Below, piece by piece: positions 7,325 through 15,637 of a stretch of DNA of 20,000 bases; the stretch's first letter is position 1; every line of letters starts with the position of its first letter. The translations under genes and the position numbers were made by a program. The notes beneath the pieces are model-generated. The model saw only the letters and a program-made list of their open reading frames with translations, had not been told where the DNA came from and did not search any database. The stretch is from an uncultured virus (IMG/VR IMGVR_UViG_3300033153_010090) (Duplodnaviria; Heunggongvirae; Uroviricota; Caudoviricetes), in the IMG/VR virus record IMGVR_UViG_3300033153_010090; one strand, written 5' to 3'.

Positions 7325-7696
7325 ATGAGCAAACTGACAATATGGGCACAGGTCCTCGTGAGAGGCTTGTGGAAGAGGATGGAGTTCCCTGAGCTTGAGC
7401 GCGGAGACCTCTTCCGCCTCTACGACGAGGAAGGCAAGCCCGTCGACGGTGGGGAGGTCCATGTCGCGGATGCGGAGCCGTTCGAGCGGGAGTCGCTCTG
7501 GGCTGTGAAGTCACACCTCGCCGGCCGTGGCGAGCCGGTGCGATACGTGGATGTAGGCTCGTGCAGCTACTGTGTCATGAACAGCGACAGTGCCTGCAGA
7601 GCTGTGAGCAGACAGTGCCCGCCAGATGGTGTGACGCCGGACTGGTGTCCTCTTCGTGAGGGGCCGGTCTTTATCAGCTGGGTCGGTAGTGATTGA
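7325..7696 (+). CDS. hypothetical protein with C-terminal Cys cluster
   Basis: AAGGAGGCC RBS; CSYC...C...C...PDWCPL. Confidence 0.8.
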   Translation: MSKLTIWAQVLVRGLWKRMEFPELERGDLFRLYDEEGKPVDGGEVHVADAEPFERESLWAVKSHLAGRGEPVRYVDVGSCSYCVMNSDSACRAVSRQCPPDGVTPDWCPLREGPVFISWVGSD

Positions 7697-7722
7697 CTCA
7701 CAGAGGCTGGAAGGAGGCCATC

Positions 7723-9330
7723 ATGATCGAATTCGATACGAAAGCGTTCAACGCTGCGATGGAGAAGCTCGACAAGGAGCTTCCCGACGAGCTACCTGAG
7801 GTCAAGCGGTTCCACGCTGCGGCTCTGGTCGTCGGTGGGGACATGAAGGGAGACAACTTCTGGATCGTGATGGCTGTGACCTTGCTCGGTGTTAACGAAG
7901 GCTGGGAGTGGCCGTACCTGCTCGAGCACACCGTGAAGATTCTCCCCATCTATGTCAAGGGGTCCGGGTCGAATAAGAACCGCGGGATGCGCTTCACTGA
8001 GTTCTGGATCGATACCAACTGGGACTTCAGTTACCCCATCAGCATCTTCGCTGAGGTCTTCAGGCCCATCGCCATCGCACACAAGAAGTGCTGGTCTCTC
8101 CCGGCCACTGTCGAACGCGCCAAGGAGATCTGGGAGCAGGAGTACGCCTCGTGGGAGAAGGCTCTCCACACGCGTGTGAACAAGAATGGTGACCGGTTTG
8201 TCGATCGCACCTACCACATGATGAAAGAGATGGGTTCGACGAAGAAGCACGTCATGAAGGGCAGAGCTATTGGGAAGAGCACCGCCATGCAGTGCCCAGT
8301 TTGCAAGCAGACGAAGGATCTTGACCCCACCAATCCGTGGCACCTTGGAAAGTCCATGTGTTGCCCGGACTGCAAGCCATTCATGGCTGGTCCGCGTGGC
8401 ATCAGGTCTGATGTTCCGCACATGGACCCGGCAGACGATCTCCGCCCCGCAGTGAACGCCATGGTGCAGGGCCAGGAAGTCGACAGGATGATAGCGGCAG
8501 GCGTTGATCCGGCCACACCAAACTCAGAGGTGACCGCAATGATCGCCTACCAGACGAAGGGGCCCTACGCCTCACACCTGGACTTCGTGCACATGCGCGA
8601 GCACCTGCAGCAGAAGATATTTGCTGCGCTACACGTACCAGCAGAAATGCTTGGTGTGGTGGGTAGTGAACCTGAGAAGGTGAGCGTCGCTGAGTCCTTG
8701 GAGAAGACCAAGGACATCCCCATCTTCTCAACGATGACTGGGCGCATGCAGTGCAAGGAGCCGAACATCAGCAACCTCCCCAGGAGTGAGAAGATGGATG
8801 ACGGACAACGAGCATCAGACCAGATCCTCATCTGCGAAGGGCAGGAGTTCCTCGTTGACGGTGACTGCGTCATAGTGTGGGACCGAAACGGCTTCAGGAA
8901 GAAGCAGGGCAGTCAGTTCGTCCATGGAAAGTTCGTCCAGGACGACACCCACGATGGCCACATGTTCCTTCGCAGAGGCAGCCCTGTGAGGCTGATCGAC
9001 TCCGATGGCAAAGAGATCGGCCGGGCCGTCATCCGCGGTGATGGGGAGCTCGACGTTCTCGAGGAGGCCCTCGACATCAAGCTGGGGAAGAGCTTCTGGG
9101 CCGTGGTCGGCATTGACCGAGATGACCCCTCTGTCTGCCACGGAAAGGTGATGGCCTTCTACTACAAGTACCACGAGGACTCAGCTTACACTCACAACGT
9201 CATTCACCTGCGCCTGGATAATGGCCATGTCGCCCACTGCTCCGACAAGGAGCTCTTCAGGACACAGGAGAAGGCTGAAGCGCAGAGGATGAAGCTCCTG
9301 GAAGGGAGCAATGATGACGGCACCGATTGA
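7723..9330 (+). CDS. mosaic hypothetical protein (535 aa) with terminase-, portal- and PolA-like motif fragments
   Basis: AAGGAGGCCATCATG start; KGRAIGKST, RGIRSDVPHMD, AGVDPA, KIFAALHVPAEMLG, TMTGRMQCKEPNISNLP. Confidence 0.85.
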   Translation: MIEFDTKAFNAAMEKLDKELPDELPEVKRFHAAALVVGGDMKGDNFWIVMAVTLLGVNEGWEWPYLLEHTVKILPIYVKGSGSNKNRGMRFTEFWIDTNWDFSYPISIFAEVFRPIAIAHKKCWSLPATVERAKEIWEQEYASWEKALHTRVNKNGDRFVDRTYHMMKEMGSTKKHVMKGRAIGKSTAMQCPVCKQTKDLDPTNPWHLGKSMCCPDCKPFMAGPRGIRSDVPHMDPADDLRPAVNAMVQGQEVDRMIAAGVDPATPNSEVTAMIAYQTKGPYASHLDFVHMREHLQQKIFAALHVPAEMLGVVGSEPEKVSVAESLEKTKDIPIFSTMTGRMQCKEPNISNLPRSEKMDDGQRASDQILICEGQEFLVDGDCVIVWDRNGFRKKQGSQFVHGKFVQDDTHDGHMFLRRGSPVRLIDSDGKEIGRAVIRGDGELDVLEEALDIKLGKSFWAVVGIDRDDPSVCHGKVMAFYYKYHEDSAYTHNVIHLRLDNGHVAHCSDKELFRTQEKAEAQRMKLLEGSNDDGTD

Positions 9331-9763
9331 CGACTTCCGTGGTGAGTACAAGTGGCTCTCTAACTTCTGGCGAGAGCCATTCCGACACTGCGAGAAGATC
9401 TGGCCCAGCTCAGAGCACGCCTTCCAGGCAATGAAGACCCTGGACCCTGAGATGCAAGAGGAGATTCGCACTGCAGTATCTCCTCGAGAAGCCAAGCGCT
9501 TGGGCAGCCCTAGAAACACCCGGTTGGTTCTCCGTCCAGGATGGGACGCCGTGCGTATTGACGTGATGCGACATATCCTGCGGGCCAAATTCAGGTCGGC
9601 CCGGCTCGCCAAGATGCTCCTGGACACTGGCGATGCCGAGCTCGTCGAGGGCAACACATGGAAGGATGACTTCTGGGGCGTGTACAACGGGAAGGGAGAG
9701 AACTGGTTGGGTCGCCTCCTCATGGAGATCAGAGAGGAGATCAGAGATGTGTCAAACAACTGA
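9311..9763 (+). CDS. NADAR family protein (YbiA-like N-glycosidase / ADP-ribose hydrolase)
   Basis: LSNF, SSEHAFQAMK, AKRLG, AKF, LLDTGDAELVEGN, DDFWG and GENWLGRLLMEIR motifs. Confidence 0.92.
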   Translation: MMTAPIDDFRGEYKWLSNFWREPFRHCEKIWPSSEHAFQAMKTLDPEMQEEIRTAVSPREAKRLGSPRNTRLVLRPGWDAVRIDVMRHILRAKFRSARLAKMLLDTGDAELVEGNTWKDDFWGVYNGKGENWLGRLLMEIREEIRDVSNN

Positions 9764-10181
9764 GCCAGAGCGCTATCCACCGTTCGAGTGGAACCTCAAT
9801 CGCATGAAGAGCGGGGCATACAATGGTTGCGTCTACAGTTCTGTGTGCAGCCTCGAGGCCAACCAGCTACTGAGTATTACCGCGCACAAAGTGGTGCAGA
9901 TGCTCATCCCAGCGCTCGACACTCAGCCGACAAGAGCGCACATAGCGATGTCTCTCCAGGGAGCGTTCTCCAACCTCGTGGCCTCGGGTGTGCTCTTCAA
10001 GCTCGGCTCCCAGTACATCGTGGACATCAAGGCCTTGCTCGACATGATGTTGAGTGAGGATGTGGAACCTGTGTCCAAGGGGCCCTGCCACACCTGTGGG
10101 GGGAACGGTTACCTCTCCGGCTATGGTCACGGCAGAGAAGACTGCCCTGACTGCGACGGTACTGGCGACGAGACTCCCTGA
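9747..10181 (+). CDS. hypothetical protein with C-terminal DnaJ-type zinc finger
   Basis: GAGGAG RBS; CHTCGGNG...CPDCDGTG. Confidence 0.75.
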   Translation: MCQTTEPERYPPFEWNLNRMKSGAYNGCVYSSVCSLEANQLLSITAHKVVQMLIPALDTQPTRAHIAMSLQGAFSNLVASGVLFKLGSQYIVDIKALLDMMLSEDVEPVSKGPCHTCGGNGYLSGYGHGREDCPDCDGTGDETP

Positions 10182-10196
10182 AATAACCCACGGTCA

Positions 10197-10210
10197 ATTC
10201 GGTATAAGCA
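10197..10210 (+). promoter_or_regulatory. repeated phage promoter-like motif (ATTCGGTATAAGCA)
   Basis: Before AAGGAGGCCATCATG (ATG 10234). Confidence 0.7.
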
Positions 10211-10233
10211 TGATGAGCAAGAAGGAGGCCATC

Positions 10234-10467
10234 ATGCTCAGCAAGGTCTTGTCGTTCGTTTTCTCCCCCTACTTCTTCATCGTCAGCTGCTGGAATGCGT
10301 TCGTCCTGAGCTCCCGCTACAACTTCAAGGCGGGTGTCATCCTCGGGGAGCGCAAAGCGCTGACGGGCAAGGAGTTCACCAACGTGGACATTCAAGTCCT
10401 CGCAGTCCGGCTCATGGAGGAGGACCAGGTCCTCTCTGAGCATCGCAGGAGGCATGGGAGGGAGTGA
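10234..10467 (+). CDS. hypothetical protein with hydrophobic N-terminus (77 aa)
   Basis: Start reassigned from the promoter and RBS motifs; followed by a hairpin-TTAG element. Confidence 0.75.
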   Translation: MLSKVLSFVFSPYFFIVSCWNAFVLSSRYNFKAGVILGERKALTGKEFTNVDIQVLAVRLMEEDQVLSEHRRRHGRE

Positions 10468-10470
10468 GGT

Positions 10471-10497
10471 GAGGAAGGGCCCGCGCCTTCCTTTAGG
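10471..10497 (+). terminator. hairpin + TTAG terminator-like element
   Basis: AGGAAGG-GCCCGCG-CCTTCCT-TTAGG. Confidence 0.6.
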
Positions 10498-10550
10498 TCT
10501 CAAAAGGGAAAGGGCCCCAGCTGGTCCGCCGGAGCCCTCCCTTGGTCGCT

Positions 10551-10748
10551 TCAGTGCTGGCTATCCCATGCCACGGGTGACCCCAGACTAGGAAGTGGAG
10601 GCCTATGGCTTCGGTAGATGGGAGTTCCCGGTGGGGGACCAACCCACCGAAGGAGCGCTAGCAGCTGGTGTGGTATGGACGTCCAGGATTCCGGCGCAAT
10701 CGCGACCAGGATATACCAGAGCCCAAGAACCAGGACTAGCTGCAGCAT
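10551..10748 (-). CDS. possible small membrane protein (65 aa)
   Basis: GAGGCCATG start; MLQLVLVLGLWYILVAIA hydrophobic stretch; minus-strand hairpin + TTTT at about 10502-10542. Confidence 0.4.
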   Translation of the reverse strand: MLQLVLVLGLWYILVAIAPESWTSIPHQLLALLRWVGPPPGTPIYRSHRPPLPSLGSPVAWDSQH

Positions 10749-10788
10749 GGCCTCATGGTAAACACCTCTCGGGCAAATGTCCACTCAC

Positions 10789-10817
10789 TTGACTACACCT
10801 GATGTTTCATTTAGCAT
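10789..10817 (+). promoter_or_regulatory. sigma70-like promoter
   Basis: TTGACT-17 nt-TAGCAT, ending 30 nt before ATG 10848. Confidence 0.55.
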
Positions 10818-10847
10818 CTCGGCCAGTAACTACAAGGGATTATCAAC

Positions 10848-11276
10848 ATGACGAAGAGACTCATTCTGATGGTAGGGTTCCCGCGCAGCGGGAAGAGCAC
10901 GAGGGCCCGTGGGCTTAGTCACCAACTCGGTGCACCCATCGTCAACCCGGACAGCATCCACAAGGTGGTGCACGGCACAGCCTACCGTGACGAGGCGAAC
11001 CCCATCGTCTGGGGCGTCGCCAAGACCATGGTCCGCGCTCTCTTCGAGGCTGGGCACGACGTGGTCATCGTCGACGCGTGCAACAACACCAAGCAGCGGA
11101 GGCAGGAGTGGAAAGACTGGTCTGGGGAGATCTGGGAGCGAGACTACGTCGAGTGCGGCACCTCTGCGGAGGAGTGCCTCAAGCGTCTGGACGACTCCAA
11201 CCAGCAGCTCACCAAGATCATTTGGCGGATGGCTCGACAGCACGAGTCCGTGAACCAGAAGGAGGAGACTCCATGA
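10848..11276 (+). CDS. P-loop kinase, AAA_33 / polynucleotide-kinase-like
   Basis: LILMVGFPRSGKST Walker A; VIVDACN...RR..W; C..R lid motif. Confidence 0.85.
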   Translation: MTKRLILMVGFPRSGKSTRARGLSHQLGAPIVNPDSIHKVVHGTAYRDEANPIVWGVAKTMVRALFEAGHDVVIVDACNNTKQRRQEWKDWSGEIWERDYVECGTSAEECLKRLDDSNQQLTKIIWRMARQHESVNQKEETP

Positions 11277-11863
11277 AAGACGCTCGAGTCATCGAGGAGG
11301 CCATGCACGCCAAGGGCTACGCGGTTTTCACCGACACCGCCAAGGGGTACGACCTCAACATCTTTGGCATCCGAACGACGAACAACGACGCCAACACATT
11401 CAACGACACCGTCGGGGTGATGTACCTCTACGAAGGTCGCTGGTGCTGCTTCCTATTCCCGGCCACGACTGACCCGGGAGTCTACTACCGCGAGAATCCG
11501 ATGAACGTCGACGGCACGGCCATCCTGGTCCCTGGGCAGTACCGCGGCGCCTACAAGATCGGGGAGCACAAGCACTACCCCGCGTTGGTGCAGAAGAAGG
11601 CCGTGAAGGTCTACCGCGACAACGACGAGGACAAGCAGCTGGACATGAAGACGGAGACCGTCAAGGAGGGGTACTTCGGCATCAACATCCACCGGGCAAA
11701 CTCGGCCGCGGCAAGCACCCTGGTGAACAAGTGGAGCGCCGGCTGCCAGGTCATCGCTGACCCCTACCAGTTCGAGTTCCTGATGTCACTGTGCCACAAG
11801 GCCGCCAGCCTCCACGGCAACGGCTTCACCTACACCCTTTTGACCGAGGACGACTTCGCGTAG
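11273..11863 (+). CDS. putative cell-wall enzyme with YkuD/L,D-transpeptidase-like catalytic motif
   Basis: AAGGAGG RBS; ATTDPG, PGQY and GINIH-x13-WSAGCQV (H...SxGC). Confidence 0.6.
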   Translation: MKDARVIEEAMHAKGYAVFTDTAKGYDLNIFGIRTTNNDANTFNDTVGVMYLYEGRWCCFLFPATTDPGVYYRENPMNVDGTAILVPGQYRGAYKIGEHKHYPALVQKKAVKVYRDNDEDKQLDMKTETVKEGYFGINIHRANSAAASTLVNKWSAGCQVIADPYQFEFLMSLCHKAASLHGNGFTYTLLTEDDFA

Positions 11864-11872
11864 GAGGACCCA

Positions 11873-12250
11873 ATGATCCAGAAGTTGCTACTCGACGAAC
11901 TTGAGCTTGGCGCCGAGTTTTCACCTTCTCGAGCTATCCGCATCATGGCCGAAAGGATCAACGAGCTTGTCACTGCTCACAATGAGACAGTCACCGAGCT
12001 GCACGAAATCGGGGAGCAATTCCTGATCTTGGTGCAGCATATGGGGGTGGAGCAGAAGGATCATGAAGAATACGAGCTCAAATCATTCCTCAAGCTGCTC
12101 TGCTACCGGCCCATCCAGGTAGAGAAGTTCACCAAGGGAAGGGAGTCCGCGCGGGAGCTCGTGGACAAGCTGGTCACGGACGGTGACATCTTCATCGAAG
12201 ATGGGCTGATGAAGGCCACGGAGAAGACCCGGAAGGTGGTGCTGTCGTGA
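11873..12250 (+). CDS. hypothetical protein (125 aa)
   Basis: AGGAGG RBS; tightly spaced in operon. Confidence 0.8.
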   Translation: MIQKLLLDELELGAEFSPSRAIRIMAERINELVTAHNETVTELHEIGEQFLILVQHMGVEQKDHEEYELKSFLKLLCYRPIQVEKFTKGRESARELVDKLVTDGDIFIEDGLMKATEKTRKVVLS

Positions 12251-12306
12251 AGAGAAGAACCAAGCAGGTGGTGTTCGCCTACGAGTTCCCAGACAAGGAG
12301 TAGAAC

Positions 12307-12600
12307 ATGAAGTGCTACCACTGCGGAAAGCATGTCGACGCGCCGAAAGACATGCCAGACAACTCTGTTGCGCTGTGCCTCCCCTGCGCGGAGAGTGCCC
12401 GGGTCAAGTGCCATGACTGTGGTGCGCCGATCATCGCGGCCAACAACGTCACCATCGAGCACCCGGACGTCAACGAAGGGGAGCCCTTCACCCTCTGTGG
12501 GCCGTGCGCTGTGGCCAAGGCAGAAGTGGCGTCGAAGCTCCCAGACTTGACCGATGATCAGCGTGAGTTCATCGACAGCATCAAGAACATGGTGGAATGA
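12307..12600 (+). CDS. zinc-finger hypothetical protein
   Basis: AAGGAG RBS; four CxxC pairs. Confidence 0.8.
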   Translation: MKCYHCGKHVDAPKDMPDNSVALCLPCAESARVKCHDCGAPIIAANNVTIEHPDVNEGEPFTLCGPCAVAKAEVASKLPDLTDDQREFIDSIKNMVE

Positions 12601-12601
12601 G

Positions 12602-12868
12602 ATGACCAGCATCATGCAGACCGCGCGAGAGGTAATTGCGCTCGAAGACGATGGCAGCCTGGCGACGTGGGACCTATACGCCGAAGCTGCTCATCCGTTG
12701 GCGAGGACGGTAGTGGAACTGGAGAAGACCACCAAGCTCGTGCGCAGCAAGATCGACGTGGCCCTGACGCTGATGTTGCGTCGCGAACACATGGACGTCG
12801 GCGCAGAAGTGGAGAAGATCTTGCGCAACGCCCTGAGGCTCATCGACGCTGAGAAAGGTGGAGGGTGA
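12602..12868 (+). CDS. hypothetical protein (88 aa)
   Basis: ATG directly after the upstream stop. Confidence 0.7.
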   Translation: MTSIMQTAREVIALEDDGSLATWDLYAEAAHPLARTVVELEKTTKLVRSKIDVALTLMLRREHMDVGAEVEKILRNALRLIDAEKGGG

Positions 12869-12869
12869 G

Positions 12870-13103
12870 ATGGACAACGAAGGCGGACTCTTGAAGCGCT
12901 GTGCCATGCGGTACGCCAATCTCTGGCTCGACTGGGGATTTCCTGTGGGCATAGCAGTTGTCGCGCTCGTCATCACCGTCATAGCTGTGCGCTGGGAGTT
13001 CATCCATGCGCACTTCACCAAGCCTGTCACCGAGCTGACCTTTGGCGACCTCATCATGCTGGCGGGGATCGTCGTGTTCATGCTCTTTGGAGCCAAGAAA
13101 TGA
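12870..13103 (+). CDS. small two-TM membrane protein
   Basis: GGAGG RBS; two hydrophobic segments and a KK C-terminus. Confidence 0.7.
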   Translation: MDNEGGLLKRCAMRYANLWLDWGFPVGIAVVALVITVIAVRWEFIHAHFTKPVTELTFGDLIMLAGIVVFMLFGAKK

Positions 13104-13822
13104 AGGTCGCCGTCCACAAGGTTACACTGGCCGTCGTTGACCACGATGAGCTTGGCCCGGAAGAAGTGGTGAGGACGCTGGAGAATGCGCGGTACCCCAA
13201 CCGGTGCATGAGTCCTCATGGGATGGACATCGAGACCAAAGAGGTGGACTGGCACGACCAGCACCCACTGAACCTCATCCACAAGCAGGCCGAGGCGTTC
13301 AGGGAGCTCTTTCCTCCTAACGAGGCTGGGGAGCTACGTGCGTGGCAGAAGCGGGTCGTGGACGCAGTCTCCAGGATCACCACGGCGGTGACCTGGGGTG
13401 CGGAGGTAGCCACCATCATCGAGGGCTGGGTGGAAGAGAAGCTGAGGCGGACGAAGGACCCGATACAGCGCTTCCACAACCTCTGCCAGGGCCTCGAGGA
13501 GCATGCGGACGAGAGCCCCTACGACCGGAAGGCCTGGGACGAGATGGACGAGGAGCACAAGAGGCTATTAAAGGCCGCCAAAGAGACGCGGGAGCTCGTC
13601 GACGGGGCGCTGAAAGAGGGCCTCATCGGACAGCACCATGATGGGCACTACATCCTGCAGCTCAGCCCGGAGAAGTACGACGCGTTTTGTGTGGCGGCTG
13701 GGAGGAAGCCGAAGACCATTGGAGAGGAAACTGGTGAGTCCTGCTCCGGGTGCGGCCGCCCGAACACCTGGCACCCGGACTGCCCGGACTGTGAGGCTGC
13801 GACCAAGAAGGAGAGGCCATGA
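13100..13822 (+). CDS. hypothetical protein with C-terminal zinc ribbon (240 aa)
   Basis: ATGA overlaps at both ends; CSGC...CPDC. Confidence 0.8.
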   Translation: MKVAVHKVTLAVVDHDELGPEEVVRTLENARYPNRCMSPHGMDIETKEVDWHDQHPLNLIHKQAEAFRELFPPNEAGELRAWQKRVVDAVSRITTAVTWGAEVATIIEGWVEEKLRRTKDPIQRFHNLCQGLEEHADESPYDRKAWDEMDEEHKRLLKAAKETRELVDGALKEGLIGQHHDGHYILQLSPEKYDAFCVAAGRKPKTIGEETGESCSGCGRPNTWHPDCPDCEAATKKERP

Positions 13823-14046
13823 CTGAAGGTGAGAAGGCTATGTACAGAGCGCTGTTCGTTGCTACCTACGAGACCGAGTGCTGGCGAAGAGTCTCGACGG
13901 GAAAAGACATAGATGCCGTTGAGATTGTGTGCATCGCAGCTGAACGTGCGCGCAACGTCGTCACCGCCGCCCGTGCCGCCCTGCTCCCCCTGAGGGAGGG
14001 CTGGGACAGCGACATCGCCGAGGCCTTGTACGAAGCACTGGCATGA
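13819..14046 (+). CDS. hypothetical protein (75 aa)
   Basis: GGAGAGG RBS; ATGA overlap. Confidence 0.7.
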   Translation: MTEGEKAMYRALFVATYETECWRRVSTGKDIDAVEIVCIAAERARNVVTAARAALLPLREGWDSDIAEALYEALA

Positions 14047-14216
14047 ACGCTGCCAAGATTTGCCCATGTGGCGCCGGGATGAAGGTCGTCGTCAGGTCGA
14101 AGGAAGAGTACTACCACTGTACCGGTTGTGGCCGTGAAGGCCCTCGGATGCAGAAGCGGTCTCAACCCCACAGACGCCAATGGAGGCTAAGAAAACGGCC
14201 CTTGTTTCCGGCATAA
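14043..14216 (+). CDS. small zinc-ribbon protein (57 aa, MNAAKICPCG...YHCTGCG)
   Basis: ATGA overlap; stop codon lies inside the next promoter motif; below the ORF-track cutoff. Confidence 0.55.
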   Translation: MNAAKICPCGAGMKVVVRSKEEYYHCTGCGREGPRMQKRSQPHRRQWRLRKRPLFPA

Positions 14217-14219
14217 GAA
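14206..14219 (+). promoter_or_regulatory. repeated phage promoter-like motif (TTCCGGCATAAGAA)
   Basis: Before GGGAGGCCACATG (ATG 14242). Confidence 0.7.
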
Positions 14220-14241
14220 TAGTGCAGGAAAGGGAGGCCAC

Positions 14242-14487
14242 ATGAGTGACAAGCTCATCGCTGTTGGGGAGAAGATTTCCACGGCGCTTCGCAAGGAGGG
14301 AACAGCTCCTCCGAACCTTTTCACCCTAGGCACCTGGCTCGCAAGGGTGCTCTCGTCCGGGGACTTCGACGTCCTGGACGAGTACGAACGCGAGGTCGGA
14401 GAGGACAAGGCCAACGAGTGGTTGGCTGGGGTCCTCACGACTACTAACCTATACCAGGACGCGGGTGATGGCCACGTCTCTGCGTGA
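14242..14487 (+). CDS. hypothetical protein (81 aa)
   Basis: Preceded by promoter motif and GGAGGCC RBS. Confidence 0.8.
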   Translation: MSDKLIAVGEKISTALRKEGTAPPNLFTLGTWLARVLSSGDFDVLDEYEREVGEDKANEWLAGVLTTTNLYQDAGDGHVSA

Positions 14488-14572
14488 ATGCGCTTGGGAG
14501 CATCGTACGGCGGCAGACCAGAGATTGTACCCAACTGGCTGCGGGTCCTGCGGGCGTTTGTACCGGCGCAGC

Positions 14573-14609
14573 GGGTCGGGGGCTTCAAGCCCCCGGCCCC
14601 GTCTTTTAG
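14573..14609 (+). terminator. hairpin + TTTTAG terminator-like element
   Basis: GGGTCGGGGGC-TTCAA-GCCCCCGGCCC then CGTCTTTTAG. Confidence 0.7.
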
Positions 14610-14627
14610 TTAAAATACCCGCGGGTA

Positions 14628-14641
14628 ATTAGGCATAAGAA
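14628..14641 (+). promoter_or_regulatory. repeated phage promoter-like motif (ATTAGGCATAAGAA)
   Basis: Preceded by the palindrome TACCCGCGGGTA (14616-14627). Confidence 0.65.
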
Positions 14642-14686
14642 AGATGGCAGAGAATGCCGCCATGTTCCCGTAACAAAGGAGGCCAC

Positions 14687-15031
14687 ATGGCAAACATCTC
14701 TGAGGTCGAGTTCTATTCGATCACTGAGCGACTGGAATCCTTGGAGGGTCGTCGCTCGAGCTACAGGCAGTTGGAACCTGCCTGGTTGAAGAAGGACCGC
14801 GGCTTTCGGCGTTTCGCGGAGGAGTTCCTCCCGCTGCGCGCCAAGTTCGAGAAGGCCCTGGTTCTGGACGACGACGACCTCTTCGGTGATGTCGTCAGCT
14901 GCTCCCCCCTGGCCCGGGATACCGATTACGAGGAGCGGCTCTGGTGGGCTCAGTTCACCGATACTCCGCGTGGACAGGGCCGTGGGCTTCGGCCGAGTAT
15001 TGGAGACTTGGCTGTGTCGGTCGGTGGATAG
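14687..15031 (+). CDS. hypothetical protein (114 aa)
   Basis: AAGGAGGCCACATG start. Confidence 0.8.
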   Translation: MANISEVEFYSITERLESLEGRRSSYRQLEPAWLKKDRGFRRFAEEFLPLRAKFEKALVLDDDDLFGDVVSCSPLARDTDYEERLWWAQFTDTPRGQGRGLRPSIGDLAVSVGG

Positions 15032-15104
15032 ACCTGCAGCGAGTAGGCCCAGGCAGCATCAGCTGTCTTCGGGCCCTCGCTGGCGCCCTTCCCAGGGGCG
15101 CGGG

Positions 15105-15144
15105 AAAGGAGTCAGGTTGAGCATTCGCTCTCCTCCTTTTAGCC
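15105..15144 (+). terminator. hairpin + TTTTAGCC terminator-like element
   Basis: AAAGGAG...GAGC-ATTC-GCTC...CTCCTTT-TAGCC (bulged stem). Confidence 0.55.
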
Positions 15145-15161
15145 TGCAATACCCGCGGCTA

Positions 15162-15175
15162 ATTCGAGATAAGAA
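15162..15175 (+). promoter_or_regulatory. repeated phage promoter-like motif (ATTCGAGATAAGAA)
   Basis: Context AATACCCGCGGCTAATTCGAGATAAGAA is nearly identical to 15588-15615. Confidence 0.7.
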
Positions 15176-15198
15176 TGATGGAGGAAAAGGAGGCCACC

Positions 15199-15552
15199 AT
15201 GATGACGTTTGACGAGGTCAAGACTCTTCTCGATTCGTGTGTGCGTAGCGAATGCCGGGACCATGCGTTCGGCGACCGAGAGATCTTCTGGGAGACCGCC
15301 CAGGGGACTCTGGTGGCTGAGGGCTACAGCGGCGGCTCCGGCGCGTCGGTGTGCTCGGAGGCTGATGGGGATGGGAAGGAGCTGCGTGACTTCCCGCAGT
15401 TCACGGAGAAGCAGACCTACGAGCTGCTCTCCTGCGGCTCCCGCGGCCAGATCGACCGCAACGACGCTACCGGCCCGGACACCTACCAGGAGGGTGCCTG
15501 CATGCCCGGCCTGACGCTCGCTGGTGTGCGGAAAGAGTTGGTCGGCGAGTAG
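15199..15552 (+). CDS. hypothetical protein (117 aa)
   Basis: AAGGAGGCCACCATG start. Confidence 0.85.
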   Translation: MMTFDEVKTLLDSCVRSECRDHAFGDREIFWETAQGTLVAEGYSGGSGASVCSEADGDGKELRDFPQFTEKQTYELLSCGSRGQIDRNDATGPDTYQEGACMPGLTLAGVRKELVGE

Positions 15553-15555
15553 CCG

Positions 15556-15585
15556 AGGGAGAGTGCCTGACTCCTCTCCTTAGCC
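15556..15585 (+). terminator. hairpin + TTAGCC terminator-like element
   Basis: AGGGAGAGT-GCCTG-ACTCCTCTCC-TTAGCC (imperfect stem). Confidence 0.6.
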
Positions 15586-15601
15586 AAAATACCCGCAGCC
15601 A

Positions 15602-15615
15602 ATTCGAGATAAGAA
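15602..15615 (+). promoter_or_regulatory. repeated phage promoter-like motif (ATTCGAGATAAGAA)
   Basis: Before AAGGAGGCCATCATG (ATG 15638). Confidence 0.7.
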
Positions 15616-15637
15616 GAGTACAGAAAAGGAGGCCATC

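Noticed and set aside
7723..9330. Calling this ORF a DNA polymerase I, terminase or portal gene
   Set aside because: Only isolated 10-20 aa motifs are present. PolA catalytic motifs A/B/C are missing and the spacing is far too short for real domains.
14488..14613. 41-codon ORF after 14242-14487
   Set aside because: No RBS, and it runs through the terminator hairpin.
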